In this document: positions 46,939-58,835 of the stretch, piece by piece
Numbering within the stretch: position 1 is the first letter of the stretch
Layout of the letters: each line of letters opens with the position of its first letter
From: an uncultured Actinomycetes bacterium
GTDB lineage: Bacteria > Actinomycetota > Thermoleophilia > UBA2241
Direction: 5' to 3'
Assembly (NCBI GenBank): GCA_963725665.1
Contig: CAVRZA010000002.1
Coordinates: 64,001 to 128,000, forward strand
DNA length: 64,000 nt
The notes under the pieces: model-generated
Database searches by the model: none
Seen by the model: only the letters and a program-made list of their open reading frames with translations
Told to the model about the DNA's origin: nothing
Made by a program: the position numbers and the translations under genes

Positions 46939-47730
46939 TTGATCGTCAGCAAGTCAAGCGCCGAGATCGCCAAGATCGCCGCCGCCGGTGCGGTCGTTGC
47001 CGAGTGCCTCGAGCTTCTGGCGGCGGCTGCGCGTCCGGGCGTCACTACGGCGGAGCTTGACCGCCGCGCCGAGAGGTTCATCGTCGAGCGCGGCGGCATT
47101 CCCACGTTCAAGGGATACCGCGGGTTCCCGAGATCGATCTGCACTTCCCCCAACGAGATGGTGGTGCACGGCATCCCCGGCGCGTACACGGTGCGCGACG
47201 GCGACGTGCTGAGCATCGATGTCGGCGTGACGCTGGGCGGTTACGTGGCCGACTCGGCGCTCACTTTGGCCATCGGCCAGGTCGGCGGAGAGGCTCTTCG
47301 CCTTCTCTCGGTGACGCAGGAGTCTCTCGAGGCGGCCATCGAGCAGTGTCGTGCCGGCAACAGGCTCGGCGACGTCTCGCACGCCGTGCAGGAGGTCGTC
47401 GAGGCGGCCGGCTTCAGCGTCGTGCGCTCGCTCGTGGGCCACGGGGTGGGGCGCGTGATGCACGAGGAGCCGCAGATCCCGAACTACGGTGAGCCGGGGC
47501 GCGGTCCGAGGCTCGAGGCCGGCATGGTGTTCGCCATCGAGCCGATGGTCAACGTCGGCACCTACGACGTCTACCTCGGTGAGGACGCGTGGAGCATCTA
47601 CAGTGCCGACCACTCGCTCTCCGCCCACTTCGAGCACACCGTGGCGATCACGGAGCGCGGGCCGCGCGTCTTGACGCGGCGCCGGTCAGAGCGGGTCGGC
47701 GAGGTGCGGGTCGCCGGGGTCGGGAGGTAG
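46939..47730 (+). CDS. map: Methionine aminopeptidase type I
   Basis: [27 protein letters not shown]. Confidence 0.97.
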   Translation: MIVSKSSAEIAKIAAAGAVVAECLELLAAAARPGVTTAELDRRAERFIVERGGIPTFKGYRGFPRSICTSPNEMVVHGIPGAYTVRDGDVLSIDVGVTLGGYVADSALTLAIGQVGGEALRLLSVTQESLEAAIEQCRAGNRLGDVSHAVQEVVEAAGFSVVRSLVGHGVGRVMHEEPQIPNYGEPGRGPRLEAGMVFAIEPMVNVGTYDVYLGEDAWSIYSADHSLSAHFEHTVAITERGPRVLTRRRSERVGEVRVAGVGR

Positions 47731-47842
47731 GTCGCGTGAGGATGGTTGGAACAACGGACTGGGTCGAGTGCACGATGCCTCGACTGGTCGTGCGGGCTGT
47801 GGTATCGTCTACGGTCGCGCTTGCCAAAGGGCGAATCTAGGC

Positions 47843-48064
47843 GTGGCCGGAAAAGAAGAAGCCATAGAGATGGAAGGCGAGGTCGTGGAGGCTCTGCCCA
47901 ACACGATGTTCCGCGTTCGTCTCGACAACAACCACGAGGTGCTCGCCCACATCTCGGGCAAGATGCGCATGAACTACATCCGGATCCTTCCGGGCGACAG
48001 GGTGAAGGTCGAGCTTTCGCCCTACGACCTGCGGCGGGGCCGGATCATGTACCGGTTTAAGTAG
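47843..48064 (+). CDS. infA: Translation initiation factor IF-1
   Basis: [25 protein letters not shown]. Confidence 0.98.
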   Translation: MAGKEEAIEMEGEVVEALPNTMFRVRLDNNHEVLAHISGKMRMNYIRILPGDRVKVELSPYDLRRGRIMYRFK

Positions 48065-48133
48065 GCGCCGGGCGGGTAACGCGACATCGGCCCGGCTTCT
48101 TGCTGCCGGGTGCGACGCCAAGAGCGAGGACTG

Positions 48134-48247
48134 ATGAAGGTTAGGGCATCGGTAAAAGCGATCTGTGAGAAGTGCAAGGTCATTCGCCGGCACGGGACCG
48201 TGCAGGTGATATGCACCAACCCCCGGCACCGGCAGAGGCAGGGCTAG
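48134..48247 (+). CDS. rpmJ: 50S ribosomal protein bL36
   Basis: Manual translation [37 protein letters not shown]. Confidence 0.98.
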   Translation: MKVRASVKAICEKCKVIRRHGTVQVICTNPRHRQRQG

Positions 48248-48248
48248 C

Positions 48249-48620
48249 ATGGCACGTATCGCGGGCGTCAACATCCCGCCTCAGAAGCGGGTCGAGATCG
48301 GCCTCACCTACATCTACGGTGTGGGGCGTTCGACGTCGAACAAGGTCCTCTCTCAGCTCAGCATCGACCCCGACACCAAGGTCCGCGACCTGACCGAAGA
48401 AGAGGTCGTGCGCCTGCGCGAGGCGATCGACCGCGAGGCCACCGTCGAGGGCGACCTGAGGCGCGAGCGTTCGCAGAACGTCAAGCGGCTCATGGACATC
48501 GGCTGCTACCGCGGCATCCGGCATCGCCGCGGCATGCCGGTGAACGGGCAGCGCACCAAGACCAACGCCCGCACGCGCAAGGGTCCCAAGAAGACCGTCG
48601 GCGCGCGGCGCAAGAAGTGA
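48249..48620 (+). CDS. rpsM: 30S ribosomal protein uS13
   Basis: [20 protein letters not shown]. Confidence 0.99.
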   Translation: MARIAGVNIPPQKRVEIGLTYIYGVGRSTSNKVLSQLSIDPDTKVRDLTEEEVVRLREAIDREATVEGDLRRERSQNVKRLMDIGCYRGIRHRRGMPVNGQRTKTNARTRKGPKKTVGARRKK

Positions 48621-48659
48621 TACCGATCGCCCCGGCGAGACTCGGAGGTACGACGAAGC

Positions 48660-49058
48660 GTGGCTAAGCCGCAAAGAGCGAAGGGACGTCAGCGCCGTAA
48701 GGTGCGCAAGAACATTGCCATAGGCCAGGCGCACATCAAGACGTCGTTCAACAACACCCTCGTCACGCTGACCGACAAAGAGGGCAACGTGATCGCCTGG
48801 GAGAGCGCCGGAGCCGTCGGGTTCAAGGGTTCGCGCAAGAGCACTCCCTTCGCTGCGCAAGTCACGGCCGAGTCAGCAGCCAAGAAAGGCATGGAGCACG
48901 GCCTCCAGAAGGTCGAGGTCTTCGTGCGCGGTCCGGGTTCGGGGCGCGAGACGGCCGTCCGCTCGCTGCAGGCCGCCGGGCTCGAGATTCTGGGAGTCAA
49001 AGACGTGACCCCGGTGCCTCACAACGGCTGTCGGCCGCGCAAGCGGCGCCGGGTCTAG
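48660..49058 (+). CDS. rpsK: 30S ribosomal protein uS11
   Basis: [24 protein letters not shown]. Confidence 0.99.
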   Translation: MAKPQRAKGRQRRKVRKNIAIGQAHIKTSFNNTLVTLTDKEGNVIAWESAGAVGFKGSRKSTPFAAQVTAESAAKKGMEHGLQKVEVFVRGPGSGRETAVRSLQAAGLEILGVKDVTPVPHNGCRPRKRRRV

Positions 49059-49071
49059 GAAGGTTCGAGCA

Positions 49072-49692
49072 GTGGCTAGAGACACCTCCCCCCAGTGCAA
49101 GCAGTGCCGTCGCGAGGGCATCAAGCTGTTCCTCAAGGGTGAGCGCTGCCTTACCGACAAGTGCGCCGTCGAGCGTCGTTCTTACCCACCCGGCGAACAT
49201 GGGCGCGGGCGCATCAAGCAGTCCGAGTACCTGCTGCAGCTGCGCGAGAAGCAGAAGGCGCGCCGTTTCTATCAGGTGCTGGAGAAGCAGTTCCACTCCT
49301 ACTACGTTGAGGCTAGCCGTCAGTCGGGGATCACCGGCGAGAACCTGCTGCGCATCCTCGAGAGACGCCTCGACAACGCGGTTTACCGACTCGGGTTCGC
49401 AACGTCCCGCCGGCAAGCGCGACAGCTGGTGCGCCACGCCCACTTCCTCGTCAACGGCAGGAAGATCGACATCCCGTCGTATCAGGTGAGACCCAACGAC
49501 GTGATCAGCCTCAGGTCGAACAGCAAGGCGATGGAGCTGGTGCGCGCGGCGACCGACCTGACGTCATCGGTCTCGCCCTGGTTGCAGGCCGACCACGACA
49601 ACCTGACGGGGAAGATCCTGCGCCTCCCGGAGCGCGACGAGATCGACGCGCCGGTGCAAGAGTCCCTTATCGTCGAGCTGTACTCGAAGTAA
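49072..49692 (+). CDS. rpsD: 30S ribosomal protein uS4
   Basis: [22 protein letters not shown]. Confidence 0.99.
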   Translation: MARDTSPQCKQCRREGIKLFLKGERCLTDKCAVERRSYPPGEHGRGRIKQSEYLLQLREKQKARRFYQVLEKQFHSYYVEASRQSGITGENLLRILERRLDNAVYRLGFATSRRQARQLVRHAHFLVNGRKIDIPSYQVRPNDVISLRSNSKAMELVRAATDLTSSVSPWLQADHDNLTGKILRLPERDEIDAPVQESLIVELYSK

Positions 49693-49742
49693 GCCCGCCT
49701 CGGCGCCTGGCACGGCGTGCGAGGACCGAAACGGGAGGTCAA

Positions 49743-50684
49743 GTGCTCCAATTCCAGATGCCCAACATCACGCGCGAGCAGCTCTCAGGCAACCGCGCCC
49801 GCTTCGAGGTCGAACCGCTCGATCGCGGCTTCGGGCACACATTCGGCAACGCGCTGCGGCGCGTGCTGCTTTCATCTCTCGAGGGCGCAGCCGTCAGCTC
49901 GGTGAAGATCGAGGGCGTGGCGCACGAGTTCTCGACCGTCCCTGGGGTCAAGGAGGACGTCACCGACATCATCCTCAACCTCAAAGAGCTCGTCTGTCGT
50001 CTGCACGGCGAGATTGACGAGGTGCAGGTACGGCTGGTCAAAGACAAGCCGGGCAAGGTCGTGGCAGCCGACATCGACATCCCCGCCGAGCTCGAGATCC
50101 TCAACCCCGACCACCACGTCGCGACGCTCGCCGACAGCGGCTCGCTCGAGATGACGCTCGTGATCCGCCGCGGCACCGGCTACGTGCCCGCCGAGGGGAA
50201 CAAGACGCCCGAGACGACCATCGGCGTGATCCCCATCGACTCTATCTTCAGCCCCATCAAGCGGGTGGCGTACAACGTCGACAGCGCCCGCGTAGGGCAG
50301 CGCACGGACTACGACAAGCTGGTCCTCGACGTGACGACTAACGGCGCCATCACGCCGCAGGAGGCGTTGCGCCACGCCGCGGAGATCCTCGTCGACCGCC
50401 TGCAGATCTTCACCGACCCCGACCGCACGCGCTCGACCGAGATGCTCGAGGGCGAGTTCGAGCCGGTGGTGACGGGCGGTATGGACGATGTGCTCATCGA
50501 AGAGCTCGAGCTTGGCGTGCGCTCGTACAACTGCCTGAAGCGTGAGGGCATCCAGACCGTCGGCGACCTCGTCTCGAAGACCGAAGCGGAGCTGCTCAAC
50601 ATCCCCAACTTCGGCAAGAAGAGCATAGATGAGGTCAAAGAGAAGCTCGCCAGCCGCGGTCTCGGTCTGAGGAGCGAAGAGTAG
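49743..50684 (+). CDS. rpoA: RNA polymerase alpha subunit
   Basis: [26 protein letters not shown]. Confidence 0.99.
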   Translation: MLQFQMPNITREQLSGNRARFEVEPLDRGFGHTFGNALRRVLLSSLEGAAVSSVKIEGVAHEFSTVPGVKEDVTDIILNLKELVCRLHGEIDEVQVRLVKDKPGKVVAADIDIPAELEILNPDHHVATLADSGSLEMTLVIRRGTGYVPAEGNKTPETTIGVIPIDSIFSPIKRVAYNVDSARVGQRTDYDKLVLDVTTNGAITPQEALRHAAEILVDRLQIFTDPDRTRSTEMLEGEFEPVVTGGMDDVLIEELELGVRSYNCLKREGIQTVGDLVSKTEAELLNIPNFGKKSIDEVKEKLASRGLGLRSEE

Positions 50685-51035
50685 ATGCGCCACCAGAACT
50701 CGGGCCGCAAGCTCAACATGGCCTCCGACCAGCGCAAGGCCTTGCTCAGCGGCCTCGCGGTGGCCCTGCTCGAGCACGAGAAGATCAAGTGCGGGCAGGA
50801 GCGCGCCAAGGAGGTCCGGCCGCTGGTCGAGCAGGTGATAACGCTGGGCAAGCGCGGCGATCTTGCCGCGCGCCGGCAGGCCATAGCCAAGTTGCGCAAC
50901 AAGAAGGTCACCTACAAGCTGTTCAACGACATCGCGCCGCGCTACGCCGACCGCAACGGCGGTTACACGCGCATCGTGAAGCTGGGGCCGCGTCCCGGCG
51001 ACGCGGCCGAGATGGTCTACCTGGAGCTCGTGTAG
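50685..51035 (+). CDS. rplQ: 50S ribosomal protein bL17
   Basis: [18 protein letters not shown]. Confidence 0.98.
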   Translation: MRHQNSGRKLNMASDQRKALLSGLAVALLEHEKIKCGQERAKEVRPLVEQVITLGKRGDLAARRQAIAKLRNKKVTYKLFNDIAPRYADRNGGYTRIVKLGPRPGDAAEMVYLELV

Positions 51036-51064
51036 GCTGTCGGTCGCGCCGTCTCCGTTGTGGG

Positions 51065-51108
51065 GCGCGAGGGGCGGGCGGCCCGGGAGGGCCGCCCGCC
51101 CCTCGCGC
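51065..51108 (+). terminator. Terminator of the alpha operon
   Basis: 20-bp perfect stem GCGCGAGGGGCGGGCGGCCC-GGGA-GGGCCGCCCGCCCCTCGCGC then GTTT. Confidence 0.75.
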
Positions 51109-51221
51109 GTTTCGGGGTAAGCTCAGGCGTGTGCGGCGCGCCCGGGACAGCGGCGGCGATAGGCCGGGGTCCCGCGGCTCGGGTGATCGCTGCTCGGCCT
51201 GGTGTCATCGGACGGGGTGAG

Positions 51222-52055
51222 GTGGCAGCGCGCGTCATCGAGATCGAGGGGCTGACCTACCGCTACCCGGCGAGCGCCGCCGAGGCCCTCGGCGGGGTCG
51301 ACCTCGCCGTCGAGCAGGGTGAGTTCGTGGCCATCGTGGGCCCCAACGGCTCCGGTAAGTCGACGCTGGCGCGCATTCTCGGTGGTCTGGAGCGCCCCAG
51401 CTCGGCGCGCCGGGCCACTGCCTGCGGTCACGATCTGCTGACCGACGAGGGCCGTTGGGACGCCCGCCGCGCCGTCGGCGTCCTCTTCCAGAACCCGGAG
51501 AACCAGATCGTGGGCGAGAACGTCGAGGAGGACCTCGCCTTCGGACTCGAGAACCTCGCTCTGCCGTCCGAGGAGATCCGCGCCCGGGTCGACCGCATGG
51601 TGGCCGACTTCGATCTTGAGGAGCTGCGGCACCGCGAGCCACACCTACTCTCCAGCGGGCAGAAGCAGCGCACGGCGCTTGCGGGGGTGCTGGCCATCCC
51701 GCGGCGGGTGCTGGTGCTCGACGAGCCCACGGCGATGCTCGATCCCGCCGGACGAGAAGAGGTCCTTGCGGCCGTGCGCCGCGAGCACGCCGCCGGCCTC
51801 ACCGTGGTGTACGTCACCCAGGAGATGGACGAGGTGCTCGAGGCCGACCGCGTCGTCGTCCTCGAAAGCGGACACGTGGGGTTCGTCGGCAGCCCGCGCG
51901 AGCTCTTCGGCCGCCCCGACCTGGGCGGGGCCCTCGGTCTCGGCCTGCCCCCGGCCGGGGCGGTGGCAGTGGCCCTGGCGGCGCGCGGACGAGTGCTGCA
52001 CCCGGTCCCGCTCACGCTCGACGAGCTCGTCTCAGGGTTGTCCGATGGAGGGTAG
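51222..52055 (+). CDS. ecfA1: ECF transporter ATPase A1
   Basis: GPNGSGKST, FQNPENQ, AFGLEN, LSSGQKQR, LDEPTAMLDP; start approximate. Confidence 0.92.
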   Translation: MAARVIEIEGLTYRYPASAAEALGGVDLAVEQGEFVAIVGPNGSGKSTLARILGGLERPSSARRATACGHDLLTDEGRWDARRAVGVLFQNPENQIVGENVEEDLAFGLENLALPSEEIRARVDRMVADFDLEELRHREPHLLSSGQKQRTALAGVLAIPRRVLVLDEPTAMLDPAGREEVLAAVRREHAAGLTVVYVTQEMDEVLEADRVVVLESGHVGFVGSPRELFGRPDLGGALGLGLPPAGAVAVALAARGRVLHPVPLTLDELVSGLSDGG

Positions 52056-52893
52056 CACCCGGGTGGCGGTGGGGCTCGACGTCGTCTGCGAAGGGCTCTC
52101 GTTCGCCTACGACGAAGGAGGGCGACGGGTGCCGGCCGTGCGCGATGTCGGCCTCACCATCGCCGCCGGCGCGTCGGTCGCCCTGCTCGGGCCTACGGGC
52201 TCCGGAAAGTCGACCCTGCTGCAGCTCATCCGCGGGCTGCTCACTCCCGACGCCGGCCGCGTGACGCTCAGTGGCGCTGCTCCGTCCGACCAGGACTACG
52301 GCGCGCGCCAGCGTGAGGTCGGCCTCGTCTTCCAGACCCCGGAGCTGCAGCTTTTCGCGGCCACGGCCGCCGACGACGTCGCCTTCGGGCCGCGCCAGCT
52401 CGGCTGGCCGCCGGGCGAGGTCGACGCGGCCGTCGCGCGCGCTCTCGAGCTGGTCGGGCTGCCCGAGCCGTCCTTCGGTCGGCGGCATCCCTACTCTCTC
52501 TCCGGAGGGGAGCAGCGCCGTCTAGCGCTCGCCGGCGTGCTGGCCATGCGCCCGCGCCTGCTCCTGCTCGACGAGCCCTTCGTGAGCCTCGACCCCGCCG
52601 GCCGGCGCGATCTCGCCGCCGTGCTGGAGCGGCTGAAGGGGGAGGGCAGCGGCATCGTCCTGGCGACTCACGACGTCGACCAAGCGTGGGCGCTCTGCGA
52701 CGAACGGCTCGTGCTGGCCGACGGCGAGCTCGTGGCGGCCGGTCCGTGGGGCTTCGAAGGCGATGCCGGTGCGACGGTCCTGCGCGAGCACCGGCTAGAG
52801 GTGCCCTTCTTGGTGCAGCTCTGGCAGCGGCTGGGGAGGCCGGCGGGGGCGGCGCCGAGGACGGCCGCCGCAGCGGCGGAGGCGTTGACGTGA
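52045..52893 (+). CDS. ecfA2: ECF transporter ATPase A2
   Basis: GPTGSGKST, FQTPELQLF, LSGGEQRR. Confidence 0.92.
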   Translation: MEGSTRVAVGLDVVCEGLSFAYDEGGRRVPAVRDVGLTIAAGASVALLGPTGSGKSTLLQLIRGLLTPDAGRVTLSGAAPSDQDYGARQREVGLVFQTPELQLFAATAADDVAFGPRQLGWPPGEVDAAVARALELVGLPEPSFGRRHPYSLSGGEQRRLALAGVLAMRPRLLLLDEPFVSLDPAGRRDLAAVLERLKGEGSGIVLATHDVDQAWALCDERLVLADGELVAAGPWGFEGDAGATVLREHRLEVPFLVQLWQRLGRPAGAAPRTAAAAAEALT

Positions 52894-53672
52894 AGAGCGC
52901 AATCGCCCAGTACTACCCCGCCGACTCGGCCCTACACCGCCTTGACCCGCGCGCCAAGGTCGTCGCCGTCACCGCGCTGGCGATCGCGCTCTTCACGCGT
53001 GACTCCTTCGCCGCCCTGGCCGTCTACGCCGCCGCCGCCCTGGCCGGCCTCCTGCTCAGCCGCGTGCCGCCGGCCTGGTTCTGGCGCGGCCTGCGGCCGA
53101 TCCTCTGGCTGGTGGCGCTGACCTTCGTGGCGCAGCTCCTGTTCGTCCCCGGGCCGGCGTTCTTCAGCCTGGGACCGCTACATCTGACGTGGCACGGGCT
53201 GGAGGTGGCCGCCTTCCTGACCCTGCGTCTGGTGGTGCTCGTCGTCGTGGGCTCGCTGCTCACTCTGACGACGTCGCCGATCGCGCTCACCGACGGGCTC
53301 GCCTGGCTCGCCCGCCCGCTGCGCCGCCTGCGCGTGCCCACCGAGGAGCTCGCTCTGATGATGACCATCGCCCTGCGCTTCATCCCGACGCTGCTCGTCG
53401 AAGTCGAGACCATCATGCGCGCCCAGCGCGCGCGCGGCGCCGAGTTCGGCCGCGGCGGCCTGGTGCGCCGCGCGCGCGCCCTCGTGCCGCTGCTCGTGCC
53501 GCTCTTCGTCGTGAGCTTCAGGCGCGCCGATGAGCTGGCCTTGGCGATGGAGGCGCGCTGCTACCGTCCCGGCATCGTGCGCACGCGACTGCACCCGATG
53601 CGCGCCCGGTTCGACGACTGGGTCGTGCTCGCCCTGGTGGCGGGCGTCATCGTCCTTGCGAGCCTGGTGTGA
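52890..53672 (+). CDS. ecfT: ECF transporter transmembrane component T
   Basis: HRLDPRAK, ALRFIPTL, AQRARG and AMEARCY motifs. Confidence 0.94.
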   Translation: MKSAIAQYYPADSALHRLDPRAKVVAVTALAIALFTRDSFAALAVYAAAALAGLLLSRVPPAWFWRGLRPILWLVALTFVAQLLFVPGPAFFSLGPLHLTWHGLEVAAFLTLRLVVLVVVGSLLTLTTSPIALTDGLAWLARPLRRLRVPTEELALMMTIALRFIPTLLVEVETIMRAQRARGAEFGRGGLVRRARALVPLLVPLFVVSFRRADELALAMEARCYRPGIVRTRLHPMRARFDDWVVLALVAGVIVLASLV

Positions 53673-54445
53673 GGAGCGGGGATCGAGTGGGGCGTCGCGA
53701 GGAAGGCAAGGCATGGTACCGGCTCGACCTCGCCTACGACGGCACGGAGTTCGGGGGATGGGCCAAGCAGCCGGGACGGCGAACGGTCGAGGGCGTGCTC
53801 GAGGAGGCGCTGGCCGTCGCGCTGCTCGAGCGCGTGCGTCTCAGCGTCGCGGGACGCACCGACGCCGGCGTGCACGCGCTCGCTCAAGTCGCGTCGTTCG
53901 CCACCGGCGCGGCCGCCGAGCCTGAGCGGTTGCTCCTGACGCTGAACGCCCTACTGCCGCCCGACGTCGCCGTGCGGCGGGTGGCGCGGGCGGCGGACGG
54001 CTTCGCCGCCCGCGCCGCCCGCGCGCGCACCTACCGCTACCGCCTCTGGCTGCCGAACGCCCGTCCCGTCTTCGAGGCGCGCTACGTGTGGGATGTGCGC
54101 GGCTCCGTCGATCACGGTCTACTGGAGGAGTGCGCGTGCCTGCTGGTCGGGCGCCGCGACTTCGCGGCGCTCTCGCCCTCGGCGCGCCTCTACCACACGT
54201 GCGTCCGGGACGTGACCTCCGCCGCATGGTCTCTCTCGAGCGACGGCTGCGAGGCCGTGTTCGAGATCACTGCGAACAGCTTCCTGCACATGATGGTGCG
54301 CGTGGCGGTGGGGAGCATGGTCGATGTGGCCCAGGGGCGCCTGTCGCCGAAGCAGTTCGCCGAGGGGTTGGCAGGGGGCGAGCGCTCGGCGTTGGGGCGC
54401 ACCGCCCCGGCGCGCGGTCTCGCGCTCGTCGCGGTGGACTACTGA
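53669..54445 (+). CDS. truA: tRNA pseudouridine(38-40) synthase
   Basis: YDGTEFGGW, AGRTDAGVHA, FLHMMVR. Confidence 0.96.
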   Translation: MRSGDRVGRREEGKAWYRLDLAYDGTEFGGWAKQPGRRTVEGVLEEALAVALLERVRLSVAGRTDAGVHALAQVASFATGAAAEPERLLLTLNALLPPDVAVRRVARAADGFAARAARARTYRYRLWLPNARPVFEARYVWDVRGSVDHGLLEECACLLVGRRDFAALSPSARLYHTCVRDVTSAAWSLSSDGCEAVFEITANSFLHMMVRVAVGSMVDVAQGRLSPKQFAEGLAGGERSALGRTAPARGLALVAVDY

Positions 54446-54547
54446 ACAGTGCGGGTGCCTCGCCACAACCGGAGTGACGGCGCAGAGCTGAAGGCGCGGA
54501 GGTGAAGGCACGGGGCGACGCCGCAGGGGCGCAGCCGCGGGGGCGCC

Positions 54548-55750
54548 CTACTTGCTGAGGAAGCGCTTGATCATGCGCAGGTTCGCCGCCCTGTCGGACA
54601 CGACGTAGTCGACGCCGCCGATGTAGGTCGACGCGCCCTGCATCACGAGCTTGAAGTTGTGGTTCTGGGGCGTGCGCCACTTCAGGTAGGCCAGCTCGAT
54701 GAGTTGCCGCGCCGAGAGATCGGTACCTATCCTTCTCACCATGTCCTTGCCGATCCAGGGCAGGCGGGGGAGGTTGCCGCGCGCCGCGACCTTCTTCTGT
54801 AGCGCCTGCACGACCTGCTGCTGGCGGGCCATGCGGAAGAAGTCGCTGTCGACCTTGCGCACGCGCACATACTGTTCGGCGCGCACGCCGTCCATGTGGT
54901 TCCAGCCGCGCTTGAAGGTCAGCGTGCGTCCGCCGGTGTACCACGAGCTGATGGTCCTGGGGACGTAGACGTCGACGCCGCCGACGGCGTCGATCATGGC
55001 CGGGAACCCCCGCATGCTGACGATCATGACGTGGTTGACGGGAATGCCGGTGAACTGGCGCACGGTCCTCACGCTCAACGCGGCACCGCCCCAGGCGTAG
55101 GCGGCGTTGATCTTCGACTGACCGTTGCCGGGGATGCTCACCAGCATGTCGCGTGGGATCGAGAGCTGGGCGATGCTGTGCGTCTTCGGATTGAAGCGCA
55201 TCAGCATGATGGTATCGGAGCGGGCCGGCTCGCCGCCCCGCTGGTCGACGCCGAGGACGAGTATCGTGGTCGGGTGCGTGAGGATGCTGCCGGCGGCGGG
55301 GGAGAGGACGGCGCGAGTGTGCGCGTCGACTTTCTTGTTGCTGACGGCGACGCCCGAGGCGAAGGCGCGGTAGCCGACGATGCCGTACACGAGTGCCGCG
55401 ACGAGGATGACGACAACTACGGCGAGGGGGATCGTCCACCAGCGCACGCGGCGGCGGGCGCGCGGTTCGGCCGCGCTGTGCGCAGCCGCGCTCGCCGCCT
55501 CGCCCGAGTAGACGCGCGGCTCTGCGTAGCCGCCGTTGCCGTTACCGTCGCCGCGCTGGCCGGGACGCGTGACGACGGCTCCGCCGCGCGAGCCGGCGGC
55601 TCGGGCGTCGCGCTCGCGCGGCGGCGTCTGCTCGGACGCGAGCTCCCCGGAGAGGGCGAGCTGGCCGGCGGTCGGTCTGGGGACGGACCGCCGGCCGCGG
55701 GCCTTGTAGATCCTGTACGGCTTGTCGCTCACGTTGTCGGTCTGTCGCAC
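54548..55750 (-). CDS. LCP (LytR-CpsA-Psr) family phosphotransferase
   Basis: TM followed by RSDTIML, SIPRD, KINAAY, DFFRMARQQ. Confidence 0.93.
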   Translation of the reverse strand: MRQTDNVSDKPYRIYKARGRRSVPRPTAGQLALSGELASEQTPPRERDARAAGSRGGAVVTRPGQRGDGNGNGGYAEPRVYSGEAASAAAHSAAEPRARRRVRWWTIPLAVVVVILVAALVYGIVGYRAFASGVAVSNKKVDAHTRAVLSPAAGSILTHPTTILVLGVDQRGGEPARSDTIMLMRFNPKTHSIAQLSIPRDMLVSIPGNGQSKINAAYAWGGAALSVRTVRQFTGIPVNHVMIVSMRGFPAMIDAVGGVDVYVPRTISSWYTGGRTLTFKRGWNHMDGVRAEQYVRVRKVDSDFFRMARQQQVVQALQKKVAARGNLPRLPWIGKDMVRRIGTDLSARQLIELAYLKWRTPQNHNFKLVMQGASTYIGGVDYVVSDRAANLRMIKRFLSK

Positions 55751-56049
55751 CTTCCCCGCTCGCGCGGCGGCATAACGCGTCCGGCCGGAGTCAAGGGCTT
55801 CCCGGGGGACCCGGTGGCGTCTGGTAGCGTTCTACTACGACCCGTTGCGGCGGGTTTCCTGCCAGACGGGATTCTGTCAGCCTCGATTGTACTACGTGAT
55901 AGGGTAGCCCGCGCGCGGGAGGACCGCGCGGGACGACCTGCCGGGCGCTCTTCGGCGACGCGCTGGCGTCGCCGCCGCCGGCCGTCGGAGTTGTTATGGT
56001 GCGAGACTCCGATCTCGCGCCGGGAGCGGAGGCAGCATCGTGAGAGGCG

Positions 56050-57355
<1,306 letters not shown>

Positions 57356-57385
57356 TCATCCTCTCGGGGGATAGTCCGAAGTGGT

Positions 57386-57425
57386 GCGAGGGGGCCGCGG
57401 CTCTACAGAGCCGCGGCCCCCTCGC
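57386..57425 (+). terminator. Long perfect hairpin after the ferredoxin gene
   Basis: GCGAGGGGGCCGCGGCTCT-AC-AGAGCCGCGGCCCCCTCGC. Confidence 0.65.
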
Positions 57426-57441
57426 GCACGTCCTAACCTTG

Positions 57442-57545
57442 CCACGCGCGTCTTCCTGCGCCACGCGCTGTGAGACCACGCGCGTCTTCCTGCGCCACGC
57501 GCGCTGTGAGACCACGCGCGCTGTGAGGCCACGCTCGCTGTGAGA
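57442..57545 (+). repeat. Six contiguous 15-19-bp units starting CCACGC (order A-B-A-B-B-B)
   Basis: A=CCACGCGCGTCTTCCTGCG x2; B~CCACGCGCGCTGTGAGA x4. Confidence 0.85.
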
Positions 57546-57556
57546 CAATCGCGCTC

Positions 57557-58312
57557 GTGAACGAGTGGCGCGAGTTCTTCGACGGCTACGCCGCGCAGTA
57601 CATGGACGAACCCTTCGTCACGGGTACCCACGGCGAGGTCGACTTCATCGCGCGCGAGCTCGGCCTGCCGGCCGGCGCCCGCGTCCTCGACGTCGGCTGC
57701 GGCACGGGCCGGCACGCCGTCGAGCTCGCGCGCCGCGGCTACCGGGTCACGGGGGTCGACCTGTCGCAGGGCATGCTGGATGAGGCCGTCCACGCCGCGG
57801 CTGCCGCAGGGGTCGAGGCTGCGGTCGAGTGGCATCGCGCCGACGCCGTCGATCTACGCTGGGAGGGGGAGCCTTTCGACGCCGCCATCTGTCTCTGTGA
57901 GGGAGCCTTCACGCTCCTCGGTGACGACGACCCCATCGAGCACGACGTGCGAATCCTGCGCTCGATCCACGCCGCCCTCAAGCCCGGCGCCCGCCTGGTG
58001 CTCACCGCGCTCAGTGCGGTGCGCAGGCTGCGCGAGCTCGTGGCGGAGGACCTCGCGGTAGGGGCCTTCGACCTCGAGACGATGGTCGAGGCGGAGCCGT
58101 TCACGTGGACCGGGCCGGACGGCGAGCACGTATTCGTGGGGAGGCAGCGCATGTACGTCCCCACTGAGCTCGTCATCCTCTTCCGCCAGGCCGGCTTCGC
58201 GGTCGAGCACGTCGGCGGCGGGACCGCCGGCGCGTTCGCCAAGCGACCCCTCGACCTGAACGAGATGGAGATCATGGTGATCGCGCGCAAGCTGGGCACC
58301 GTGGGGGTGTGA
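57557..58312 (+). CDS. Class I SAM-dependent methyltransferase
   Basis: VLDVGCGTGRH, GVDLS, LKPGARL. Confidence 0.92.
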   Translation: MNEWREFFDGYAAQYMDEPFVTGTHGEVDFIARELGLPAGARVLDVGCGTGRHAVELARRGYRVTGVDLSQGMLDEAVHAAAAAGVEAAVEWHRADAVDLRWEGEPFDAAICLCEGAFTLLGDDDPIEHDVRILRSIHAALKPGARLVLTALSAVRRLRELVAEDLAVGAFDLETMVEAEPFTWTGPDGEHVFVGRQRMYVPTELVILFRQAGFAVEHVGGGTAGAFAKRPLDLNEMEIMVIARKLGTVGV

Positions 58313-58830
58313 GGGTGCGCGACGCTCTTCAAGGCCTGCAGATCCGGCCCGTCACGGTCGACGACGCTGAAGGTGTCGCACGCGTCCTGAACGAAGCCAT
58401 CGTCGATGGCCGCTTCAGCCTCCTCGACACGCCGTTCTCGGTGGCTGCGGAGCGGCAGTACATCGCCGCCTTTCCCGCACGGGGCGTCTTCAACGTGGCG
58501 GAGCTCGACGGCGAGGGCATCATCGCCGTGCAGAGCCTCGAGCCGTTTTCGCAGTACGCGACGCACGAGCACGACCACGTGCTTACCATGGGGACCTGGG
58601 TGGGCGAACCTTTCCGCCGCCGCGGCGTCGCCGGCCGGCTCGCGGAGACGTCCTTCGCGGCTGCCCGCGAGCGGGGCTTCGAGAAGGTGTTCACCGATAT
58701 GCGGGCCGACAACCTGCCGTCGCTCGCCTTTCACCTGGCTCTGGGGTTCACGGTCGTCGGTACGGCCCGCCGGCAGGCGCGCGTCGGCGACCGCTACGTC
58801 GACGTCGTGTTCGTCGAGCGGTTCCTGTAG
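58309..58830 (+). CDS. GNAT acetyltransferase (PAT/YncA-like)
   Basis: FRRRGVAGRL, NLPSLAFHLALGF. Confidence 0.88.
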   Translation: MRVRDALQGLQIRPVTVDDAEGVARVLNEAIVDGRFSLLDTPFSVAAERQYIAAFPARGVFNVAELDGEGIIAVQSLEPFSQYATHEHDHVLTMGTWVGEPFRRRGVAGRLAETSFAAARERGFEKVFTDMRADNLPSLAFHLALGFTVVGTARRQARVGDRYVDVVFVERFL

Positions 58831-58835
58831 GCGGC

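Noticed and set aside
57442-57545. Possible mini-CRISPR array
   Set aside because: Units are contiguous, 15-19 bp and lack unique spacers; no cas genes in the window
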